64,000 bases of DNA, from NCBI GenBank assembly GCA_015062345.1, contig SUUV01000002.1, forward strand, positions 1,726-65,725, in the 5' to 3' direction. This DNA is from Alphaproteobacteria bacterium (GTDB taxonomy: Bacteria > Pseudomonadota > Alphaproteobacteria > RF32 > CAG-239). Under the pieces are notes generated by a model. It did no database searches. It saw only the letters and a program-made list of their open reading frames with translations, and had not been told where the DNA came from. The position numbers and the translations under genes were made by a program. Of the stretch, positions 49,153 to 59,347 are shown piece by piece (position 1 is the stretch's first letter; every line of letters begins with the position of its first letter).

Positions 49153-49251
49153 TGAAAGGCAAAAAACTACCTTTCAATACGCATCATAAACCGTTTTTTT
49201 TTTTTGCAAGTAAAAAGAGTCGTTTAAAAGATTTAAATCAAAAATGAGGTA
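49153..49251 (-). promoter_or_regulatory. Family promoter module, copy 7 (A12)
   Basis: T12 at 49194-49205, GAGTC at 49217; module ends 1 bp before the neighbour's stop codon (49253). Confidence 0.8.
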
Positions 49252-49252
49252 C

Positions 49253-50584
49253 TTAAAAATACAAAATCCATAAATAAACGGCGGCGATAAACACACTTAC
49301 CAGCATCACGGGAATAGACCAGATTAAAAATCTGACAAACCCTATCGGATGCCCTTCACGAGAGGCAAGTCCGGCTACAATTACATTGGCCGAAGCTCCG
49401 ATTAGTGTTCCGTTTCCGCCAAAACAAGCACCAAGTGATAAAGCCCACCACACCGGCATCATGGCTTCTCGACCGCCAAAAGCCGGCTCCATGGATTTTA
49501 GCATCGGTATCATGGTGGCTACAAACGGAATGTTGTCAATAGCACTTGATAAAACTGCCGATGAACCCAAAATTAAAAATACGGTCTTTTTAATGCTGCC
49601 TTGAGTTAAATCTATAAAAAATTCACCCAAAATTTGCAACACACCCGTAATTTCAAGTGCGTGCACCACCATAAAAAGCCCGCAGAAAAAGAAAATGGTT
49701 GTCCAGTCTACAAGGTTGAAAATGTCTTCGGTTTTTTCATCTCGGTCATAATGCGTTTCGCCGAGTGTGTAAAGCAAAAGCAATATTGCCGCCCCAAACA
49801 GAGCAATCACTCCGTTTGCAATGTGGATATATTCGGCACTGATAAAACCTGCAATGGTAAAAGTGAGCACAATTAAAGATTTATACAAAAGCACCTTGTC
49901 GGTTATGCTCTCAAATTCATTCATACGCATAATTGATGCGCGGTTTCTGTCCGTTGTTTTAAGAGTTTTGCGCCAAATTAAGACAAAGAAAGCAGTTAAC
50001 ACAATTATGCAAACAATAACAACCGGCGCAAGTGTTTTCAAAAAGTCTAAAAATGACAGGTTTAAGGCAGAGCCGATTAAAATATTCGGCGGGTCGCCGA
50101 TAAGAGTGGAAGTTCCGCCTATGTTAGAGGCAAAAATTTCTAATATCAGATAAGGGAAGGGGTTTATACCGAGTTTTCGGGTAATTTGAAATGTGACCGG
50201 CACAATTAATAAAACAGTTGTAACATTATCTAAAAATGCCGAGAAAAATGCGGTTACAAAGGCAAGCATTATCATAATTCCGATTGGGTGTGCCTTAACT
50301 TTTTTTGCACCCCAAACAGCCACAAACTGAAACAAACCTGATTTTTCGGTAATGTTTACAATTACCATCATACCGACCAGAAGGGATATTGTGTTAAAAT
50401 CTATACCGCTAAAAGCTTGCGCTTGAGTTAAAAGCCCGAAAAAAATCATTATGGTGGCGGTTAAAAGCGTTACAACCGCACGATTGATTTTTTCGGAAAA
50501 TAATATCAGATAGCAAATTAAAACCAGAGCGCAAGCAACTGTTTTTGCATCAATTCCGAAATTTTGGGTTAGTAAGTCAAGCAT
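49253..50584 (-). CDS. ArsB/NhaD (ion transporter superfamily) permease, paralog 1
   Basis: SAFLDNVTTVL, NIGGTSTLIGDPPN, DNIPFVATMIP, GGNGTLIGASAN. Confidence 0.88.
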   Translation of the reverse strand: MLDLLTQNFGIDAKTVACALVLICYLILFSEKINRAVVTLLTATIMIFFGLLTQAQAFSGIDFNTISLLVGMMVIVNITEKSGLFQFVAVWGAKKVKAHPIGIMIMLAFVTAFFSAFLDNVTTVLLIVPVTFQITRKLGINPFPYLILEIFASNIGGTSTLIGDPPNILIGSALNLSFLDFLKTLAPVVIVCIIVLTAFFVLIWRKTLKTTDRNRASIMRMNEFESITDKVLLYKSLIVLTFTIAGFISAEYIHIANGVIALFGAAILLLLYTLGETHYDRDEKTEDIFNLVDWTTIFFFCGLFMVVHALEITGVLQILGEFFIDLTQGSIKKTVFLILGSSAVLSSAIDNIPFVATMIPMLKSMEPAFGGREAMMPVWWALSLGACFGGNGTLIGASANVIVAGLASREGHPIGFVRFLIWSIPVMLVSVFIAAVYLWILYF

Positions 50585-50596
50585 AGTCCGAGCCTT

Positions 50597-51937
50597 TTAC
50601 ATAAAGTGAATAATATAAAGATAAATCATTGCCAAGGTCACACTGACAAGCATTACCGGAATTGACCAGATTAAAAACCTGATAAAACTGATTGCATGTC
50701 CTTCACGGGTGGCAAAGCCTGCAACAATTACATTGGCAGAGGCGGCAATTAATGAGCCGTTACCACCAAAGCAAGAACCGAGTGATAATGCCCACCATAC
50801 AGGCATCATCACATCACGACCGCCCATAGACGGCTCCATGGTTTTAAGAAGCGGAATCATAGTTGCAACAAACGGAATGTTATCAATGGCAGTTGATACA
50901 ATGGCTGATACCCAAAGCACTAAAAAGGTGGCTTTTTTGATGCTTCCTTCGGTGATTTCAATAAACTTTTGCCCCAAAAGTTCTAAAACTCCGGCAACTT
51001 CCAAGCCGTAAACAATGGCAAACAGTCCGCAGAAAAAGAAAATGGTTGTCCAATCTACAAGACTGAAAGCATCTTCAACTTTTTGGTCTCGTTCTTGATG
51101 CTTGTCGCCAAGTGTGTAAAGCATCAGCAACAAAGCGGCACCAAACAGAGCAATTGTTCCGTTGTTGATATGGATATATTCGGCACTGATAAAGCCGATT
51201 ATGGTCAGCGCTAAAACCCCGAGAGATTTATAAAGCAAATTATAGTTTGTAATGCTGTCTGTTTCATTAATTTTCATAATTTTTTCTTTGTCGGTTTGGT
51301 TTGCCGTCATTTTGCGACCAAAAACAAAGTCAAAAACGGCAATTAAGACAACCATATTTATAACAACAATTAGGGTAAGTTCTTTTACAAAATCCATAAA
51401 CGAGAGGTTTAAGGCAGAGCCGATTAAAATGTTCGGAGGATCACCGATAAGAGTGGCCGTTCCGCCGATATTAGAGGCGAAAATTTCTAAAATTAAAAAC
51501 GGGTAGGGGTTAAGCTTTAGGTTTCGGGTAATTTGAAAAGTAACCGGCACAATTAATAAAACGGTGGTAACATTATCTAAAAGGGCAGAAAATATGGCGG
51601 TAACAATAGAGAGCATAATAAGCAGACCTCGAGGCGAGGCTTTAACGAGTTTTGCACTTTTGATGGCTACATATTGAAACATACCCGATTTTTCGGCAAT
51701 GCCGACAACAATCATCATACCGATAAGAAGTGAAATGGTGTTAAAATCTATACCGGCAAGAGCAGAAGTTTGAGTTAAAATGCCGGTAAAAATCATCACC
51801 GAGGCGCCCAAGAGTGCCACAACCGCACGATTAAGTTTTTCAGTAAACAAAATTATGTAACTGATAACCAAAATTGAAGTTGCCAATATTTGCGGATTAA
51901 GTCCGAAAATGACTTGCGGCAAAATATGAGCGTCCAT
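50597..51937 (-). CDS. ArsB/NhaD permease, paralog 2
   Basis: Same motifs as the adjacent paralog; likely start ATG 51937 after GGAGG. Confidence 0.88.
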   Translation of the reverse strand: MDAHILPQVIFGLNPQILATSILVISYIILFTEKLNRAVVALLGASVMIFTGILTQTSALAGIDFNTISLLIGMMIVVGIAEKSGMFQYVAIKSAKLVKASPRGLLIMLSIVTAIFSALLDNVTTVLLIVPVTFQITRNLKLNPYPFLILEIFASNIGGTATLIGDPPNILIGSALNLSFMDFVKELTLIVVINMVVLIAVFDFVFGRKMTANQTDKEKIMKINETDSITNYNLLYKSLGVLALTIIGFISAEYIHINNGTIALFGAALLLMLYTLGDKHQERDQKVEDAFSLVDWTTIFFFCGLFAIVYGLEVAGVLELLGQKFIEITEGSIKKATFLVLWVSAIVSTAIDNIPFVATMIPLLKTMEPSMGGRDVMMPVWWALSLGSCFGGNGSLIAASANVIVAGFATREGHAISFIRFLIWSIPVMLVSVTLAMIYLYIIHFM

Positions 51938-52097
51938 AAAAATCCTCCAAAAAATATATCCACCGCACAATATATATGCCCTAATCTTAAAAAACAAATA
52001 ATATTTTTTATAAAAGTTTTATAACTTGGTATGGAAATGAAGATTTTTGATTTATTAAAAAACACAAAACAGGATATCAAAATATCCTGTTTTGCGT

Positions 52098-52964
52098 CTA
52101 AAGGTTGTTACTTTTTTCCAGCAGAAGTGTATACATAGACTGTTGAGCTTTAATACAAAGACCATACTCTTGAATGTACATTTTTACAAGTTCTGCTGCG
52201 TTTTCAAGTTCAAACAACTTGAGTTGAGCTTCACCGCAGAGCGCATAATTTTGAATGTACATTTTTACAAGTTCTTCTGCGTTTTCAAGTTCAAACATCT
52301 TAAGTTGAGCTTCACCGCAGAGCGCATAATTTTGAATGTACATTTTTACAAGTTCTGCTGCATTTTCAAGTTCAAACAACTTGAGCTGAGCCTCATTGTA
52401 AAGGCTATATTTCTGAATATATGTCTTTACAAGTTCTGTGGCATCTTCAAGTTCAAACAACTTGAGTTCGGCTTTGTCGCGAAGTCCATATCTTTGAATA
52501 TATATCTTCACAAGCTCCATAGCGTTCTCAACCTCAAACAACTTGAGCTCCGCTTCATCGCAAAGTTCATATTTTTGAACATACATCTTCATAAGTTCTG
52601 CTGCGTTTTCAAGTTCAAACAACTTGGGTTCGGCCTTGTCCCAAAAAATATATTTTTGAATATATATCTTTACAAGTTCTGCGGCATTTTCAAGTTCAAA
52701 CATCTTGAGTTGAGCCTCAACGCAAAGGTGACCTCTTTGAATATATATTTTCACAAGTTCTTCAGGATTTTTAAGCTCAAGCATTTTAAGTTCGGCCTCC
52801 TTACAAAGAAGATATTTTTGAATATACATCTTTACAAGTTCTTCAGGATTTTTAAGCTCGAACATCTTAAGTTCTTCATCATCGCTGAGGTGATATCCGT
52901 TTCTTATACGCCTTCTTAACTGAGAATAGTTAATCATATTTTTTAGCTTTAATAATAGATTCAT
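52098..52964 (-). CDS. Protein with nine tandem 27-aa helical repeats
   Basis: Unit LCxEA(E/Q)LK(M/L)FELENAxELVKxYIQxY, repeated 9 times (81-bp DNA period); hairpin at 52066-52093 downstream. Confidence 0.8.
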   Translation of the reverse strand: MNLLLKLKNMINYSQLRRRIRNGYHLSDDEELKMFELKNPEELVKMYIQKYLLCKEAELKMLELKNPEELVKIYIQRGHLCVEAQLKMFELENAAELVKIYIQKYIFWDKAEPKLFELENAAELMKMYVQKYELCDEAELKLFEVENAMELVKIYIQRYGLRDKAELKLFELEDATELVKTYIQKYSLYNEAQLKLFELENAAELVKMYIQNYALCGEAQLKMFELENAEELVKMYIQNYALCGEAQLKLFELENAAELVKMYIQEYGLCIKAQQSMYTLLLEKSNNL

Positions 52965-53108
52965 AATTTATATTGTCGGTTATAAAGCATTGACCCGTCG
53001 CCTTTAAATTAATAATTTAGTTTGTAGATATTTATCTATCACAAAATATTTATTTTGTCAACTCTTTATAAATTTATATGCAACAGTGGATAAGGGTTAT
53101 CAGTATAC

Positions 53109-53372
53109 TCACCTAAACCACCAAAAAAATGGGATAGCCATAAAAAGATAGCATACAGCAAAAATAACATATTTATTTGATATTTTTTGAAAAATTTTAA
53201 TTTTACGAATAAACGGGAACAACAGATATGTAAAAAGATAGACATTGCCCCAATAAGAAACATAAGTTTCACAATTTGCCGAATCTAACAGCCAACACGA
53301 AATCATGCCTAATGCCAGCGGGATTAGTATAAAACCTAAAGTAAAATACAATATTTTTTTAAATCTGATCAT
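53109..53372 (-). CDS. Small membrane protein
   Basis: AAGGA RBS then MIRFKKILYFTLG..., three hydrophobic segments. Confidence 0.55.
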   Translation of the reverse strand: MIRFKKILYFTLGFILIPLALGMISCWLLDSANCETYVSYWGNVYLFTYLLFPFIRKIKIFQKISNKYVIFAVCYLFMAIPFFWWFR

Positions 53373-53659
53373 ATTAAATTCCTTTTTATCAGATTGTATC
53401 AAAAAAACTATAAAAGGCAATATAAAAGTATTGCCTTTTATATTTAAGTATCATTGATTTTTTCTGACTTTATATTTTCCTGCGGTTACAACTATCTTAC
53501 TAACCATATTATTTTCCTTTATAAAAAAAATTAAAACAACGATATTACTCTTAATATCAATATTGATATAGGTATATCAATATGTAGCTATCAATAGGCA
53601 GAAGAAGATTTTTTTATTGAAAAATAAAATTAATATTTAAGAAAAAATAAAGGGTATAT

Positions 53660-54220
53660 ATGATAGATGCCAAATTATATTTGATGAATATGTTAAACAT
53701 TTTGAGGATGAATATGAAAATTTTATTTATTTTATTGAGCGTATTATATTCTTTTAAGTCAACCATAACACAGGCTAATGAAATATATTATGGTATTGAT
53801 GTAAATGAAATTGTCACAAAAAATGATATTTTATACGATAATGTAAAAAATACTATTGATGATTATACTTTATTATTGCAATACGAACTTGAATTTAATA
53901 ATTGCACTGCCAATATTACTCAAAATAAAAATTGTTATGATGATATAGCTAATAAAATATTGAAAAAATTTTATATGTATTCAGATGTAAGTGTCAAACA
54001 ATATGAAAATTTTAAAACCGCACTTAATGAGATTTATGGTATTAAATATTGTCGTAATAAATATTTGTGGCCAAGCGGATATATATGCGAATTTGAAGTT
54101 ACTAAAGATATGTTACAGGATATAGAAAAATATATAAAAGGATTATTGTTTGATAGTAAAATTAAAATGCTAAACTATATGCCGGAACTTGCAAATTATA
54201 AAGCAAGAAATAAACAGTAA
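53660..54220 (+). CDS. Secreted Cys-containing hypothetical protein
   Basis: Signal peptide from MKILFILL (true start probably downstream of 53660); NCYDDIANKILKKFY motif. Confidence 0.65.
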   Translation: MIDAKLYLMNMLNILRMNMKILFILLSVLYSFKSTITQANEIYYGIDVNEIVTKNDILYDNVKNTIDDYTLLLQYELEFNNCTANITQNKNCYDDIANKILKKFYMYSDVSVKQYENFKTALNEIYGIKYCRNKYLWPSGYICEFEVTKDMLQDIEKYIKGLLFDSKIKMLNYMPELANYKARNKQ

Positions 54221-54410
54221 TTTCTTGCTTTATAACAGTTATAATTTATTTTGCTAAATGAGCCTTATTTGCTCTATTTAACCACCCATTTAAATTTTCA
54301 TATTGACTTTTATCTTTTTCTGCAATGTTATTATAATACTTCTTCATTTCTTTAATATATCTTAATACTAAATTATTAAAATATATTGTAAATAATTCGG
54401 AGATTATATT

Positions 54411-54866
54411 ATGAAAAAAATTATCTTTTCAATTTTTCTTTGTTGCATAGTTTCACAAGCATTTGCAAAAAAGAATAATGTAGAATATCTTGCACAATTA
54501 CAAAATGATTTTACAGAATGCAGTGAAACTTTTCATATTAAATCCGAACAATGTTCAGATACAGGGAGCATGAAATGTTATAAATTTTTAACGGAGTTAC
54601 ATAAAAGCACACAAAATTGCTACACTGAGGTTGCTAAGAGGATTTTTTTAAAATTCTATAATTTGAATGAACAACAAGCTAATCAGAAAATTGAAGATTT
54701 TGCATCATCAATATACAAAAATTACTTATTTATATATCAAGAAAATAATTATTGCAGAGCAAATAATTGTGGTATATCAGCATTTTTATATAGCGAGTAT
54801 GCCACAACATTTGCTCTAAAAGATTACATAGATATGATGTTTACTGCACTTGAAATTTATTTATAG
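54411..54866 (+). CDS. Secreted Cys-containing hypothetical protein (distant paralog of 53660)
   Basis: GGAG RBS, MKKIIFSIFLCCIVSQAFA; NCYTEVAKRIFLKFY, YCR. Confidence 0.7.
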   Translation: MKKIIFSIFLCCIVSQAFAKKNNVEYLAQLQNDFTECSETFHIKSEQCSDTGSMKCYKFLTELHKSTQNCYTEVAKRIFLKFYNLNEQQANQKIEDFASSIYKNYLFIYQENNYCRANNCGISAFLYSEYATTFALKDYIDMMFTALEIYL

Positions 54867-54927
54867 TACATATTATATCTGTTTCTGTGTCCTTTTTCAA
54901 AAATTTTTTAATTTTACTACTTTTTAC

Positions 54928-54956
54928 TTGAATTTTATCGGTAAATGGTGTAGAAA
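54928..54956 (+). promoter_or_regulatory. Putative sigma70 promoter of rpoBC
   Basis: TTGAAT-17bp-TAGAAA with TG just upstream of the -10 box, about 200 bp before rpoB. Confidence 0.5.
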
Positions 54957-55160
54957 ATTGTCGGTTTTATTAAATATTATTTGGTGAATTAGTCCCGAGT
55001 TTGGCGCAATGCCTTGTGGTTCGGGCGATTCGTGTGTGAAAAAACGTTTTTTTATATTAACCATCTGTATAACGGGGTTTGGTTTTATCTCGGGTAGCTC
55101 CCGAAAAATAAGGCCGATAGTATGGTTTACAGATTTTAACCGAAGAAGGATAAAAGCAAA

Positions 55161-58100
55161 ATGAAAGAATCTTATACGAGCAAAAAGCGTGTAAGAAAGA
55201 ACTTTGGCAAAATTGATGCTGTTATTGATATGCCAAGTTTGATTGAAGTTCAAACCGGTTCATACTCCAGCTTTATCAATAATGTTGATAACTATGGACA
55301 ACACTGTGAATTTGGTTTGGAAGAAGTTTTCAAATCTATTTTCCCGATTAAAGATTTTTCAGGTAACGGTGAGTTAGAGTTTGTTAAGTATGAACTCGAA
55401 GAACCAAAATATGATGTTGATGAATGCTTAAAGCGTGATTTGACATATGCTGCCGCAATTAAGGCAACGCTTCGCCTGATTGTTTGGGATATAGATGAAG
55501 CAACCGGTGCAAAATCGGTGCATGATGTTAAAGAACAAGATGTTTATATGGGCGACATTCCGCTTATGACCGATAAAGGTACATTTATCTTTAACGGTAC
55601 CGAGCGTGTGGTTGTGTCACAAATGCACCGTTCACCGGGTGTGTTCTTTGACCACGACAAAGGCAAAACGATGTCATCGGGTAAATATTTGTTTGCCGCT
55701 CGCATAATTCCGTATCGCGGTTCTTGGCTCGATTTTGAGTTTGACGCCAAAGATTTGGTTTATGCCCGCATTGACCGTCGTCGTAAATTGCCTGTAACAT
55801 CAATTTTATATTCGTTATATTCAAAAGAAACCGAAGACAGAATTAAGGCCGGTGAGAAAGTACCCGAAGAAGAAATTAAGGGTATGGATAAGGAAGAAAT
55901 TTTAAATTATTTCTACGAAGCTGACGAATATGTTGCAAACAAAAAATCTTGGAAAGTTAAATTTAATCCGGAACGCGCAAAAGGTATGAAATTTGACTTT
56001 GATTTGGTTGATGCCAAAACCGGTAAGGTTGTTTGGGAACAAGGTAAAAAATTGACCTTAAGAACAGCAAACAAGCTTGTAGAAGAAGGCTTGGAATATT
56101 ATCAGGTTGCTAAAGAACAACTTTACGGTAAATTCTTGGCAAAAGCTTTGGTTGATGCAAAATCTGGTGAGATTATTGCTGATGCCGGTGCTGAGTTAAA
56201 CGAAGAATTGCTTGATAAAATTGCTGATGCAAAAATTAAAGAATTGAGCATTTTGTACATTGACGGTGTAAATGTCGGTCCGTACATTCGTAACACATTA
56301 GAAGCTGATAAAAACCATTGTCGTGAAGAAGCATTGCTTGATATTTATCGTGTTATGCGTCCCGGCGAACCGGCTACATTAGATGCTTCATATCATTTAT
56401 TTAAGGCTTTGTTCTTTGATGAAGAAAGATATGACTTATCATCGGTGGGTCGTGTTAAGATGAACTTGGCGATGGATATACCTTTTGAAGAAGCTCCGGA
56501 TACATATCGTACCTTAAGAAAAGATGATATTTTGCGTATTGTTAAACATATGATTGAACTTCGTGACGGCAAGGGTGAAGTTGATGATATTGACCACTTG
56601 GGTAATCGTCGTGTTCGTTCGGTCGGTGAATTGATGGAAAACCAATATCGTATGGGCTTATTAAGAATGGAAAGAGCAATCAGAGAAAAAATGAGTGCTG
56701 AAGTTCTAAACAATGTTAAACCGCAAGATTTGGTAAATGCAAAACCGATTGCTGCCGTTATCAGAGAGTTTTTCGGTTCATCACAGCTTTCGCAATTTAT
56801 GGACCAAAACAACCCGTTATCGGAAATTACACACAAGCGCCGTTTGTCGGCATTGGGCCCCGGCGGTTTGTCTCGTGACAGAGCTGGTTTTGAAGTTCGT
56901 GACGTACACCCGACACACTATGGTCGTATTTGCCCGATTGAAACTCCTGAAGGACCGAATATCGGTTTGATTAACTCACTTTCAACTTATGCTCGCATCA
57001 ATAAATATGGCTTTATTGAATGCCCTTATCGTAAAGTTGTTGATGGTGTTGTTACCTCTGAAGTTGTATATTTGTCAGCTGATGAAGAAGGCAAGTTTAT
57101 CATTGCGGAAGCAAATGCAAAAGTTAATGAAGACGGACATTTTGAAAACGATATGATTGCTTGTCGTAAAGCAGGCGATGTTGTTTTTGCCGCTCCGACA
57201 GAAATTAATTTGATTGATGTGTCGCCAAAACAACTTGTTTCGGTTGCGACAGCCCTTATTCCGTTTTTGGAAAACGACGACGCAAACCGTGCATTGATGG
57301 GTTCAAACATGCAGCGTCAAGGTGTGCCTTTGTTGCGTTCCGAAGCTCCGCTTGTAGGTACCGGTATTGAGGCAACCGTTGCTAAAGATTCCGGTGCGAC
57401 ATTGGTAGCTAAATATGACGGTGTTGTTGATTCGGTAGATGCAAATCGTATCGTTATCAGATCAGATGATAAACACGCAAGCAATGTAGGTGTTGAAATT
57501 TATCGTTTGCAAAAATTCCGTCGTTCAAACCAAAACACATGTATCAACCAAGTTCCGCTTGTTAAAGTCGGTGACAAAATTAAAGCCGGTGATATCATTG
57601 CTGACGGTCCTTGTACCGATATGGGTGAATTGGCATTGGGTAAAAATGTTTTGGTTGCATTTATGCCTTGGAACGGTTTGAACTACGAAGATGCTATTTT
57701 GCTTTCGGAAAGAATTTCTCGTGATGATGTTTTAACTTCACTTCACATTGAAGAATTTGAAGTTATGGCTCGTGATACAAAACTCGGTCAAGAAGAAATC
57801 ACCAGAGATATTCCTAATGTCGGTGAAGAAGCTTTGCGTAACTTGGACGAAGCCGGTATTGTCTATATCGGTGCGGAAGTTAAAGCAGGTGATATCTTGG
57901 TTGGTAAGGTTACACCGAAAGGTGAATCTCCGGTTACTCCGGAAGAAAAACTTTTGCGTGCAATCTTTGGTGAAAAAGCAAGTGATGTTCGTGATACATC
58001 ATTAAGAGTTCAACCGGGTATTGAAGGTGTTGTTGTTGATGTTCATGTATTCTCTCGTCGTGGCGTAGAAAAAGATGAACGCGCACTTTCTATTGAACAA

Positions 58101-59327
58101 CAGGAAATTTCACAACTTGCAAAAGACCGTGATGACGAAATTGCAATTATTCGTCGTTCGTTTGATGCCAGATTGAAAGCAATGCTTGTCGGTCAAACAG
58201 TTGTTGATGCACCAAAAGGCATTGATAAAAAAGCAACATTAACCGAAGAAATGCTTGAGTTGATACCTTCATCACAATGGCGCAAGATTGTTGTTAAAGA
58301 TGAAAAGACAATGACTGAAATTGAAGAATTTTCAGCTGCTTTTGATGAACGCGTTGCAAAAGTTCATAAACACTTTGACAACAAAGTTGAAAAAGTTCAA
58401 AGAGGTGACGATTTGTTGCCCGGTGTACTCAAAATGGTTAAAGTATTTATTGCTACCAAGCGTAAAATGCAAACCGGTGATAAAATGGCCGGCCGTCACG
58501 GTAACAAAGGTACTGTTTCACGCGTGTTGCCTTTACAAGACATGCCGTACATGGAAGACGGTACTCCGGTTGATATCGTGTTAAACCCGCTTGGTGTGCC
58601 TTCTCGTATGAATGTGGGACAAATTTTGGAAACACACCTTGGTTGGGCTGCAAAAGAATTAGGTAAACAACTTGATGAACTTTGCGAGCAATACAAAAAA
58701 GGTGAAAAGACCATTGATGAATTAAACGCACGGTTAAAAGAAATTTATGGTGAAAAACAGTATAAAGCTGAAATTGAAACCTTAAATACACAAGAAAAAA
58801 TGGAACTTGTTTCTAACCTTAAAAACGGTATTCCGATGGCAACTCCGGTATTTGACGGAGCTAACGGTGATGATATTAATCGTATGCTTGAAATGGCTGG
58901 TTTACCGACATCAGGTCAAATTGACTTGTATGATGGCAGAACAGGTGAAAAATTTGACCGTAAGGTTACTGTGGGTATCATCTATATGATTAAACTTCAC
59001 CACATTGTTGATGAAAAAATGCACGCTCGTTCGGTTGGTCCGTACTCACTTGTTACACAACAACCGTTAGGTGGTAAAGCCCAATTCGGCGGACAGCGTT
59101 TCGGTGAGATGGAAGTGTGGGCATTGCAGGCATATGGTGCTGCCTATACCTTGCAAGAAATGCTCACTGTTAAATCTGACGATGTCAACGGCAGAACAAA
59201 AGTGTATGAAGCAATTATACGCGGTGAAGACACATTTGACACCGGTGTTCCGGAATCGTTTAATGTTTTGGTAAAAGAAATGAAGTCTTTGTGTCTTAAT
59301 GTTGAAATGTTGAACGAAGAAGTTTAA
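55161..59327 (+). CDS. rpoB: RNA polymerase beta subunit
   Basis: [22 protein letters not shown], 1388 aa. Confidence 0.99.
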   Translation: MKESYTSKKRVRKNFGKIDAVIDMPSLIEVQTGSYSSFINNVDNYGQHCEFGLEEVFKSIFPIKDFSGNGELEFVKYELEEPKYDVDECLKRDLTYAAAIKATLRLIVWDIDEATGAKSVHDVKEQDVYMGDIPLMTDKGTFIFNGTERVVVSQMHRSPGVFFDHDKGKTMSSGKYLFAARIIPYRGSWLDFEFDAKDLVYARIDRRRKLPVTSILYSLYSKETEDRIKAGEKVPEEEIKGMDKEEILNYFYEADEYVANKKSWKVKFNPERAKGMKFDFDLVDAKTGKVVWEQGKKLTLRTANKLVEEGLEYYQVAKEQLYGKFLAKALVDAKSGEIIADAGAELNEELLDKIADAKIKELSILYIDGVNVGPYIRNTLEADKNHCREEALLDIYRVMRPGEPATLDASYHLFKALFFDEERYDLSSVGRVKMNLAMDIPFEEAPDTYRTLRKDDILRIVKHMIELRDGKGEVDDIDHLGNRRVRSVGELMENQYRMGLLRMERAIREKMSAEVLNNVKPQDLVNAKPIAAVIREFFGSSQLSQFMDQNNPLSEITHKRRLSALGPGGLSRDRAGFEVRDVHPTHYGRICPIETPEGPNIGLINSLSTYARINKYGFIECPYRKVVDGVVTSEVVYLSADEEGKFIIAEANAKVNEDGHFENDMIACRKAGDVVFAAPTEINLIDVSPKQLVSVATALIPFLENDDANRALMGSNMQRQGVPLLRSEAPLVGTGIEATVAKDSGATLVAKYDGVVDSVDANRIVIRSDDKHASNVGVEIYRLQKFRRSNQNTCINQVPLVKVGDKIKAGDIIADGPCTDMGELALGKNVLVAFMPWNGLNYEDAILLSERISRDDVLTSLHIEEFEVMARDTKLGQEEITRDIPNVGEEALRNLDEAGIVYIGAEVKAGDILVGKVTPKGESPVTPEEKLLRAIFGEKASDVRDTSLRVQPGIEGVVVDVHVFSRRGVEKDERALSIEQQEISQLAKDRDDEIAIIRRSFDARLKAMLVGQTVVDAPKGIDKKATLTEEMLELIPSSQWRKIVVKDEKTMTEIEEFSAAFDERVAKVHKHFDNKVEKVQRGDDLLPGVLKMVKVFIATKRKMQTGDKMAGRHGNKGTVSRVLPLQDMPYMEDGTPVDIVLNPLGVPSRMNVGQILETHLGWAAKELGKQLDELCEQYKKGEKTIDELNARLKEIYGEKQYKAEIETLNTQEKMELVSNLKNGIPMATPVFDGANGDDINRMLEMAGLPTSGQIDLYDGRTGEKFDRKVTVGIIYMIKLHHIVDEKMHARSVGPYSLVTQQPLGGKAQFGGQRFGEMEVWALQAYGAAYTLQEMLTVKSDDVNGRTKVYEAIIRGEDTFDTGVPESFNVLVKEMKSLCLNVEMLNEEV

Positions 59328-59347
59328 GGATAAGGAGTAATATAAAT

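Noticed and set aside
52092-52919. 275-aa plus-strand ORF
   Set aside because: Antisense shadow of the 81-bp tandem repeat gene; it stays open only because the repeat unit lacks a stop in that frame.
53451-53507. 18-codon minus-strand ORF MVSKIVVTAGKYKVRKNQ with an RBS-like AAAGGA
   Set aside because: Too short to support without homology or expression data; may be a gene remnant.
54924-55253. 109-aa minus-strand ORF and other short ORFs overlapping rpoB, rpoC, lon, rne and ettA
   Set aside because: Antisense or off-frame shadows of conserved housekeeping genes.
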